From: Styela clava
Lineage: Eukaryota
Assembly: GCF_964204865.1 (NCBI RefSeq)
Contig: NC_135263.1
Span: forward strand, 14,322,001-14,386,000
Reading direction: 5' to 3'
DNA: 64,000 nt
Shown here: piece after piece, positions 53,314 to 64,000 of the stretch
Position numbering within the stretch: position 1 is the stretch's first letter
How the letters are laid out: each line of letters opens with the position of its first letter
Notes under the pieces: model-generated
Seen by the model: the letters and a program-made list of their open reading frames with translations, nothing else
Told to the model about the DNA's origin: nothing
The model's database searches: none
Position numbers and translations under genes: made by a program

Positions 53314-55128
53314 TTAGCATGCAGCAGAATTTAAAATTTTTTTATAATATTAAATTATTACAACAACAATTACCCTTAAACTTATTTTCACGCTTCTCTG
53401 CATTTTTTTTTGTCTTTTGGATAAAAATATAGTGCTTTTATACTATAACCACTTTCTATTGGATATGTCGGGGTTCATCATCAATCACTGCGGGCGAGAT
53501 AAAAATCAATATTCAGAAGAGAATAGTTGACCGGTCTGAATGCATGAAATTCGATGGTCAAAAAATAAGCGGAAGTTATGTGAGCCATTCTGCGGCGACA
53601 ATTTTTTTCACATAATTGTCTCTTGTGGAATTCGAATCTCAATAAGCAATATTGATACGATTGCGAGTAAATGAATAGTCTGATGACTCTCCGGAAATCT
53701 TGAATATTGCTGAACAAATAGTGTTGCAGTTTCTGGTTTCGAAATAAAACCCACCGGTTCTTGCTATAATTTCAGTAGCAAGAAAATCGTTGATTTAAAA
53801 ACAGAACAAAGAAAGCGTACTTTTGTAGTTGAAAACCCGCAGTTTGCATCTGCAAAGCCTTGTGTTAAAATCGGCAAAATGGACTCTCGTAGATCAGTTT
53901 GACTACCACTCTCAAGTAATTTGAAGGTTAATTACTTATGGATTTTAATCGGTAAGTATGTTGATAGGTATTTGTCTGTCTTTAAGTCTGTCTGTCTGTT
54001 AGATGCACGCGATATCTCACGAAAACGAGATTGAATCTGCTCCAGATTTTGCATGTGCATTCGTCATATCTCGGACCAGGAGTCTATTGATTTTGGGCGA
54101 AATATGTCGTATAATTAGCGAGTTATCAATTAATTAGTGATGGGACACAAGGTCACTATGGAATAAGAGCGCTGTTTTGGGGATCCCCCAACTTTCGATC
54201 GATAAGTCTTCGGTCTCTGACCGATATTTTCGTTATAGTAGTTATTGCCTCTTGCGTTTATGCTTTTGAATAAGCATTAAACACGTGATTTTCACGTTTT
54301 TTGGCGACAGTGATGGTTTCAAAAATCGGGAATCGTTGAGAATTGACTTCACATGGTACAATATAATTCTGATCAAACCTTTATTGAAACTACTTTCTAT
54401 ATCTTGATAACAAAATGTTTCCAAAACTGTGGTATTTAATTGGGACTGTTTCACATCTAAAATAAATTTTAGTTAATAAAAATTTGAACCTTTAGTACAT
54501 TGTTTAATTGTCTAATACTAACATTTAAATTAACAAATTTAGCGGGTAAATTAGTAGTAATTCTAACAACAACTTTCTACGTTTACCACCTTATTCAATA
54601 CGAAAAACACATTGAAAATCACAGAGTCTAAAATACCAAGATTAGTCTAACTACCAACAATCTATGCATTTTTTCGGGTAGCCTACAAAACATTCCCACC
54701 TTGTTTTCAAATATTCATTCAGACTCAAGCTAATAATTAAATTATTGAGTCTTATTTCCTGATTTAATATTTTAACCATACACCAGACGACGTAAAACAA
54801 AATAACCAATTTTGGAATGTTCTAAAGCTCTATTCTGAATTGTATAAACACCATGACATCTACACAGTATTGCTATTTTGATTAAAATCTAAGACAAAAT
54901 ATCCAATAAAAAAAGCTGGAAATGATTAAAATCACAAAAAATAATTTCTATTAATATTTATTATATTGATTGCCACAAGTGTTTATTGTTCTATAATCAC
55001 GCATATGGAGAGCATTGTTGATCAATTCAAAAAACACTATTTAAAATATCAAAATAACAATTATATTTAAAATAAAAAATAAATAAAACAACAAATAATT
55101 GCGTTGTTATAATTCTGTTTCGTGCAAA

Positions 55129-56301
55129 TCAGGCACAGGCCTCATTTTTCACAACGTTGGAGTTAAACCCAAATTTATCCATCATAAAAGAAAGTCGAGA
55201 AAAGAATCCAAAAGAAAATGAAGGTTTTGTTGTTTTCGTAACACAAGGCTTCTTTGTTGGATTTACGTGAGGAGCTGTTGGTTTCTGGTTCGTTGATATT
55301 TCTTTGCTAGGTTTCTTTGAAAACTCATTCTTTGCAGACGACTTCGGTACAAGCGGGTTATTAACAATTGGTCTTTGACGACTTTTGTTTGATTCTTTCT
55401 TGTCAAAAGCCTTCGTAGTCGTTTTTTTAGAGACTGTCCTCTTATTTTGCATTTTCTCATGCTTTTTCTGTTCTACTGATGACTTCAATTTTTTGATGAC
55501 GTTATTTTTTGTTGGGTTCTTGCTAGTAATTTTTTTCGTGGATGACTCACTTGGTGAAGTGTCTGGAAAACAATTTTCGAGCAGTCGTGCTTGTTTCTGA
55601 ATTTTCTTTTTTGATGAAACTATTTTTGATAATTTGTATTCTTCTGGAATGATACCTTGTGAGGTTCCGGCTAAAATATATAAAAAATACAATATAAGTG
55701 AATAAATAAACATACGAAGCCTATTATTGCACTCAAACAATAAAAGCAGACAAACTATTTCATTGTTTAACAAGCGAAAATTAATAAACACAAAGAAAAA
55801 TAAAACAAACCTCCTTTAACTATGCAAGAACATTTATAGATACAACAGTGAGAGTACGCTTTGTTTCCACAATCTTTTGGATCGACGAGTTTCTTGTTAC
55901 GGAAATCATAGCAAGGAATCGTTTTTCTTTCAAATCCTTTTACTGTATACAGAAATACCAAATGTTATAAATAGCAATACCTATTACAAAAAAATCTTCT
56001 GATTATTTGTTGAAACAAAGCAAGAAAGACGGTGGTATTATAAGATAATATTATATGAAATTAAATAAAAATTCTTTTTATAATTTTATACGAATTTTTA
56101 ATATTTTGAATTAATACAAGAATGAAATATGTGCTGGCATCGTAATAAAATCTAAAATATATATCATATATGAGGCAATAAAATTTTGAACTTACCAGGA
56201 GCACATTGTGTTTTGCTGATTTTATATCTGAGCTGAAAAGGGGTCAGTGATGCTGCAATATCGCAAATACCGACGACCACGACAAAATGTAATAATTTCA
56301 T
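55129..56301 (-). CDS. Array gene, minus paralogue, unit 4 (259 aa). Exons 56301-56196, 55942-55811, 55670-55129
   Basis: Signal peptide MKLLHFVVVVGICDIAAS; 253-nt intron 1 like unit 1, but exon 3 like units 2/3 (ends NEACA). Confidence 0.9.
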
Positions 56302-59300
56302 TTTGTTAGAAAGTAATTCTGCAAAAATATAACAGGTTTTATTTTACTCTTATGATTAACCAAATTTGAGATGGAAATAGTAGTTGAAACTGTACAATAT
56401 TCATTTGTATCATGACTAGAGCAAGCACTTGAATATTTCCATAACTCTGAACATACTTGTTCGAAATACATTAATCGAATCTATGTTGCAACAAGAAATT
56501 GTTTGTAGCTTTTATAGTTTCAGATTGACATTTGTGTTTATTGCCTTGAGCAACGATTGCCCTACATTACTATGTAAATTTGCATGCTTGTTACGTTTCT
56601 TAGCCACAAATCGTAATTTCATTTACTTTGGTAGCGTCACAGTGACGCATTTTCTGTAAACCTAAACAAAGTGCTCTTGAACACATACTATTAGTAGACT
56701 CAAAGAATCCGTAGACTTGAATATTGCTATCGACACGATAAATACGTCATATTGAGTTTAAAAATAGAACAAGATTAAATCGTTGGATTAAGCTTTTCAT
56801 GTAAAAATCAGGCTGTAATGGATTAACAAAGATGAAATGAGTCATGAAATTTTGTAAAAGTTTCAAATAACGTCAAGGAGACTTTATTTGCTAGTATTTT
56901 TCTGTCTTTAATCAAATGTAATAAAATAAATTGTCATTAGTTAATGACATCATGCGATATAGCACGACATGGAATATCATTTAAATTAGGATTAGACGTT
57001 TGACGGTCGGGATCAAACAAAACCTAAAAATTCATTTAATTGAGCACTAGTTTCTCTGCATAATAAATCATATGAATATAAACCGCTTTATAGTTATATT
57101 AAAGTTACATTGTTTATTATTCAAAAAAAATCGATTATGGATTAGTAGATGGATTATCCTGGTTCTATGTCGTAATTTTTCTAAATTGATCCACAGTTTT
57201 TGTTTTAAAGTTGCAGTTTAACAATTATATAAAATTTAAAGATCTATTCTAACCGAGATATTAAAAATATATAGAAGTTTAAATTTTTTATATTCAGCAT
57301 TTCAACCGAGTATATTTAATAAAATAATTATTGCAGAATTTGTTAGATTCTTGTAAATCAAATTCCAAAAAAATGGTTTCCCATAAACAAAATGTTTATC
57401 AGACTCAAAAGTGAATGTAATTAAAGCTTCGCAGCATTAATAAAATCTAAACTAATATTTCAGCAAAATATGAAACTTTCATTTGTGAGTTTCATTGTGA
57501 GAATACACAATATATTTATTCATACAATTAAAATATAAAACAACAATTTAAAGAAAAAATACAGAAAACTGAAAGGTGGAAATAGGCTGAATTCACTACT
57601 GTCATGAATATTAAAGTTAAACACGTATATGCATAAGCCCAACACATTCTCTGCGAAAGCTTGATAAAAATTACGCATTTTTATGACAAAGTGATCAGTA
57701 TAACTACATCGTAAGTTACTTCTATTTTAAACAATTTATACCGCGGTTATTAAGCGATTAAGCGTTATGTTTCAATATATCCATAGTTTAAATAGAAAGT
57801 GAAAAAGTAATTGATTTAAAATATAATTCATCATTTGTATGATTATAATATTTATTACGTCAAGAAGTCTTACTTTTCGTGTTCGAATTTTGTTTGCAAT
57901 TTGCTTCAAAAATGCGTCGGTCAAAAATCAATTTGTGGGCAATAAATCTGCTTACGATAAATGCGACAAATGTCATTCTATCACCTTGGATTAAATAAAG
58001 TAATTATATGTGTGAACTTCACATATATAATTATTGCACATGTGTAAATGTAATCGAATATGTGAATTTATATTTATCCTGAGCCATAAGTTCAACACAG
58101 TACATTTCTGCCTATTTCCGAAATTCATTTTTCTTTTTCTTTTTCCCCAACATTATTCTTTTATATTTTAATTGTATAAATATATTGTGTATTATTGGAA
58201 AGTCACAAATAAAAGTACCATGTTTTGCTATGATATTAGTTTTAAATTTTAGTGATGCTGTAAAGCTTTAATGACATTTACTTTCAGGTGTGATACACAT
58301 TTATTTATGGAGAATCATAGTTAAAGCGGTATATCTTTATAAGAATATTCTTACAAAGACTAGTGCCGAATTAGTTTCATCCCGACCGTCAAACCTGTAA
58401 ACCTCTTTAAAATTATTATACCTAATTGCACTAAAATGCATGATGTCAATAACTTACTAATGATAAAAAAAATATGCTAATCACAATTGAATTGAGAAAG
58501 TAAAACGCATTTAAGTAAAGTCTTCCCGGCGTTATTTGGGTATTTTACAAAAATCCTAATCTCATTCTATCTCTATGTTTCGTTAAACATAAATGTTAAT
58601 CCATAACACCCCAGACATTACCATCCACTATAGCTTAATTTTTACCTAAAAAGATTAATCCAATTCAAGACAATGTAGTTATGGGGAACGTCTGTACCCA
58701 AATATGAAATAACCATTCTAAATAGTGTGATCAAGTCAAAATATTTCTGACTAATCCAACTTGCAAAAATAATCTTTCCACTTATCTACAGAGAGACTCC
58801 AAAATAGAGAACTTATAAATTTTATGATTACTTGTTAATTTTCTTATCAACCGACCTTCTGTTTTAGTAAGATTGTACCCAAAAGTTTCACGTTGTGCAT
58901 GAAAGTTATGTTCTCTTTGGAACATGTTCCAAATGGCCATTTTGGCGTTGAAGACACACTTGCATACGTTGCAGCCTTGAGTTTACCAGTCGAATAATGA
59001 TTGCCTTGACCAACTATTGTTTTACAATTCAAATTATGTTTGCATTTCACCAATAGTTTTAAACACAATTTGTAATTGTATTAACATCAGTTGCGTCATA
59101 ATGACGTATTTTCAGTAATCACAAACACACCACATACAAATAAATATCATTAATTAATGCTCCTAAAGAAACACCACACTCGGTGGCGTCATGGTGACGT
59201 ATTTTCAATAATCCCAAACAAATCACACTCAAATAAATATCATTAAATAATGCTCTCAAATAATCGACAGACTTGTCTATTGCTATTGTCGGGATTAAAC

Positions 59301-61260
59301 GTCATAGCGAGTTTAAAAATAGATCTGAATAAATCCGATAGACTAAGTTTTTTACGTAGAAACTACGCGACAACACAGATAAAATGTGACATGAAAATAC
59401 ATTGCAAAACTTTTGGATTTAGTCCATCATTTTATCCTTCTTTGACAATGAATGATTGTTAGATTAACTTTAAAAAAATATTGTTGAGGTGATAATGATA
59501 TGTTTAATATGTATTGCCTATTAAGGGACCTATATTTTTTCTTGTATAAAAGAATTATTTTTATAAAGTTTATTTCAATTAGGTAGCAAATCAGAAATTA
59601 AGCTTTTTTGTGATAAAAAAAAATTCTGACAAATTTATTCATATACCTAAATTTAATTATTACACAATAGCGCATGAGATCCTTTTTTTTTATAAACATA
59701 TTATAACAGAAATCTACTGTGTAGAACGTATGGCTCAGGATAAATATAAATTCTCATATTCGATTACATTTACACACGTGCAATAAATATATAGGTGTAT
59801 AAGTTCACACGTATAAATACAGTTTTAATCCAAGACGATAGAATGACATTTGTCGTATTTATTGTTAAACAGATTTATTGCCCACAGATTGATGACGCAT
59901 TTTTGAAGCAAATTGCAAATAAAGTTCGAACACGTAAATTACGAATTTTTGACGTCATAAATATTATAATTATACAAATATTGCATTATATTTTATTAAA
60001 TTATCCTTTTTTTCAGTTTTTATTAAAACCATTTATTTACTGAAAGTTATAACTGCGTCATAAATTGTTTAAAAATAGAAGTTACTCCTAATGTACTTAT
60101 CACATTGTCATAAACATTCGTGGTTTTTACTAATGTGCAGGACTAATGCATCAACATGCATCAGATGTTGATGTTCAATTTTGGTTTAATATTTATGATA
60201 TTGGTGATTTCAGCCTATTTCCACATTTCCTGTATTTTTTCCTAAGGTTGCTTTTTTGTATTTTAGTTGTATAGATATTTGGGATTTCTGGAAATTCAGA
60301 ACAATCTTAGTTTTAGATTTTGATGATGTGGTAAAGCTTTAATGACATTCTAATATCTCGATGTAAATTCTTCATAAATTCATACATTTTAAAACTGCAA
60401 CTCTAAAATATAAAATTGTGGATGAACAAGAGTATCTTTTAATGGATACAGGTATATCAATTCCTAATATTCTGAATTAATTTATTTTAAATAATAAACA
60501 ATGTAACTTTGGGTATAACTATAAATTTGTATATGATAATAAAATTCGTTATAATGCATTTAAAAGGCATGATGTCATTAACTTACTAATGATAAACACT
60601 ATGTTAATCACGATTGAATAAAGACAGAAAAATACTACCTAATAAAGTCTTCTTGACGTTATTAGGGAATTTTACTAAAATTCATGTCACATTTTATGTT
60701 TTTACATCTTTGTTAATCCATTGCAACCTGATTTTCACGTGAGAAGCTCAATCTAACTTTTTAATCTTGTTCTATTTTTAAACTCACTATGACGTTTTAA
60801 TCGTGACAATAGCAATAATTAAATCTACGGATTCTTTGAGTCTACTAGTAGTATTTATTCAAGAGGTCTTCGTTTGGGTTTACAGAAAATGCGTCACTAT
60901 GACGATACCAAGGTAAATGAAATTACGATTAGTGGCTAGGAAACGTTACAAGAGTGCAAATTTACAAAGTAATATGGGGCAATTGTTGCCCGAGGCCAGA
61001 AACACAAATGTCAATCTGAAACTTTGCATCTATAAAAGCTACAAACATTTTCTTGTTACAACATAATTCGATTATTGTATTTCGAAAAAATATGTTCAGA
61101 GCGACTGAAATATCTAAGTGCTTGTACTAGCCGTAAATGATAAATTGCACAAATGGGTATTTATAAAGTATTATTCCAATTCTATTTCAACCTTAAATTT
61201 GGTTAATCACAGCATCAAAATAAAATCTAGTTTATTTTTGCAGAATTACTTTCTAACAAA

Positions 61261-62497
61261 ATGAAATTATTATTCTTTGTCGTGGTCGTCGGGATTTGCG
61301 ATATTGCAGCATCATTGACCCCTTTTCAGCTCAGATATAAAATCAGCAAAACACAATGTGCTCCAGGTAGGTTCAAGATTTTATTGTCTCATATCTGATA
61401 TATGTTTTAGACTATATAAAGATTCCAGCACATATCCTATTCTTTAATTCCCTAAAAAAAAAATGCGTTCAAAATTACAAATAGCATTTTTATTTAATTT
61501 CATTTAATATTATCTTACAATATCACAATGTTTTTTGCTTTGCTTTAACGAATAATCAAGAGAATTCTCGGAAATAGTTATTGTTATTTATAACATATGG
61601 TATTTCTGTATACAGTTAGAGGATTTGAAAGAAAAACGATTCCTTGCTATGATTTCCGTAACAAGAAACTCGTCGATCCAAAAGATTGTGGAAACAAAGC
61701 GTACTCTCACTGTTGTATTTATAAATGTTCTTGCATAGTTAAAGGAGGTTTGTTTTATTTTTTTTGTGTTTATTAATTTTCGCTTTTCAAACAATTAAAT
61801 AGTTTGCCTGGTTTTATTGTAGCCAAAACACAAGAAAATTCCTCAGTTGGTTTATCAGGACATTTTTGAAATTTTATAGGCACAACACTTGTGATACGTT
61901 TGAGTGCGATAATACTCTTTGTAACTTTTACTTATTCACTTTTATTTTTTTTTAGCCGGAACCTCACTAGGTATCATTCCAGAAGAATATAAATTATCAA
62001 AAATAGTTTCATCAAAAAAGAATGTTCAGAAACAAGCAAGACTGCTAGAAAATTGTTTACCAGACGCTTCAACAAGCGAGTCATATCCGAAAAAGATAAC
62101 CAGCAAGAATCCAACAGAAAATATTGTCATCAAAAAATTAAAGTCATCAGTAGAACAGAAAAAGCATGAGAAAATGCAAAATAAAAAGACTGTCGGTAAA
62201 AAGCCGAAAACGAAGTCTGTTAATAAAAAAGAATTAAACAAAAATCGTCAAAGACCAAGTGTTAATGAACCGCTTGTACCGAAGTCGTCTGCAAATAATA
62301 AGATTTCAAAGAAGACCGACAAAGGAAAATCAACAAACCAGAAACCAACTTTTTCTCACGTGAAGCCAACGAAAAAACCATGTGTTACGAAAACAACAAA
62401 ACCTTCATTTTCTTTTGGATTCTTTTCTCGACTTTCTTTTATGATGGATCAATTTGGTTTTAACTCCAACGTTGTGAAAAATGATTCCTGTTCTTGA
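61261..62497 (+). CDS. Array gene, plus paralogue, unit 4 (259 aa, intact). Exons 61261-61366, 61616-61747, 61956-62497
   Basis: Retains acgaagtctgttaat; the protein matches the unit 1 plus copy. Confidence 0.9.
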
Positions 62498-64000
62498 TTA
62501 GCATGCAGCAGAATTTAAATTTTTTTTATAATATTAAATTATTACAACAACAATTACCCTTAAACTTATTTTCACGCTTCTCTGCATTTTTTTTGTCTTT
62601 TGGATAAAAATATAGTGCTTTTATACTATAACCACTTTCTATTGGATATGTCGGGGTTCATCATCAATCACTGCGGGCTAGATAAAAATCAATATTCAGA
62701 AGAGAATAGTTGACCGGTCTGAATGCATGAAATTCGATGGTCAAAAAATAAGCGGAAGTTATGTGAGCCATTCTGCGGCGACAATTTTTTTCACATAATT
62801 GTCTCTTGTGGAATTCGAATCTCAATAAGCAATATTGATACGATTGCGAGTAAATGAATAGTCTGATGACTCTCCGGAAATCTTGAATATAGCTGAACAA
62901 ATAGTGTTGCAGTTTCTGGTTTCGAAATAAAACCCACCGGTTCTTGCTATAATTTCAGAAGCAAGAAAATCGTTGATTTAAAAACAGAACAAAGAAAGCG
63001 TACTTTTGTAGTTGAAAACCCGCAGTTTGCATCTGCAAAGCCTTGTGTTAAAATCGGCAAAATGGACTCTCGTAGATCAGTTTGATTACCACTCTCAAGT
63101 AATTTGAAGGATAATTACTTATGGATTTTAATCGGTAAGTATGTTGATAGGTATTTGTCTGTCTTTAAGTCTGTCTGTCTGTTAGATGCACGCGATATCT
63201 CACGAAAACGAGATTGAATCTGCTCCAGATTTTGCATGTGCATTCGTCATATCTCGGACCAAGAGTCTATTGATTTTGGGCGAAATATGTCGTATAATTA
63301 GCGAGTTATTAATTAATTAGTGATGGGACACAAGGTCACTATGGAATAAGAGCGCTGTTTTGGGGATCCCCCAACTTTCGATCGATAAGTCTTCGGTCTC
63401 TGACCGATATTTTCGTTATAGTAGTTATTGCCTCTTGCGTTTATGCTTTTGAATAAGCATTAAACACGTGATTTTCACGTTCTTTTGGCGACAGTGATGG
63501 TTTCAAAAATCGGGAATCGTTGAGAATTGACTTCACATTGTACAATATAATTCTGATCAAACCATTATTGAAACTACTTTCTATATCTTGATAACAAAAT
63601 GTTTCCAAAACTGTGGTATTTAATTGGGACTGTTTCATATCTGAAATAAATTTTAGTTAATAAAAATTTGAACCTTTAGTTCATTGTTTAATTGTCTAAT
63701 ACTAACATTTAAATTAACAAATTTAGCGGGTAAATTAGTAGTAATTCTAACAACAACTTTCTACGTTTACCACCTTATTCAATACGAAAAACACATTGAA
63801 AATCACAGAGTCTAAAATACCAAGATTAGTCTAACTACCAACAATCTATGCATTTTTTCGGGTAGCCTACAAAACATTCCCACCTTGATTTCAAATATTC
63901 ATTCAGACTCAGGCTAATAATTAAATTATTGAGTCTTATTTCCTGATTTAATATTTTAACCATACACCAGACAACGTAAAACAAAATAACCAATTTTGGA

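Larger units (their letters stand above)
26790..64000. repeat. Tandem segmental array of ~9.15-9.18-kb units (4 full units, right end open)
   Basis: The same landmarks recur, e.g. at 28947/38100/47251/56429 and 35179/44330/53481/62664. Units differ only by scattered SNPs and small indels, except the more diverged left edge. Confidence 0.98.

Noticed and set aside
27250-64000. Array as a pure assembly artefact
   Set aside because: Units carry distinct, shared diagnostic SNPs and indels (5-bp deletion, intron 1 length) rather than random error or perfect identity. The exact copy number still needs read support.

Overview
AT-rich, intron-containing animal genomic DNA. The compact genes, tRNA-derived SINEs and MITEs would fit a marine invertebrate such as an ascidian, but the taxon is inference only. 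No prokaryotic features (CRISPR, operons, rRNA) are present. The left ~27 kb holds the 3' part of an LRR-Ig-TM receptor gene ending in a PDZ-binding motif, a 5-exon Pro-rich gene with no recognisable family, MTERF3 on the minus strand, a 2-exon membrane/coiled-coil gene and many small transposon relics. From ~26.8 kb to the window end lies a near-identical tandem array of ~9.15-9.18 kb units (4 full units, probably continuing). Each unit is an imperfect ~7.4 kb palindrome carrying a head-to-head pair of 3-exon paralogues that the ORF track only shows in fragments. They encode a 259-aa secreted protein: signal peptide, 7-Cys head loosely like an ADAMTS-type TSP1 module, ~20% Lys low-complexity stalk, Phe-rich tail and a penultimate Cys. 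There are 8 copies; 2 carry the same 5-bp deletion, which truncates them to 166 aa. The shared spacer contains nested inverted duplications and four copies of a GCGTCA-N3-TGACG palindromic motif. All gene models were spliced by hand and have no database confirmation.
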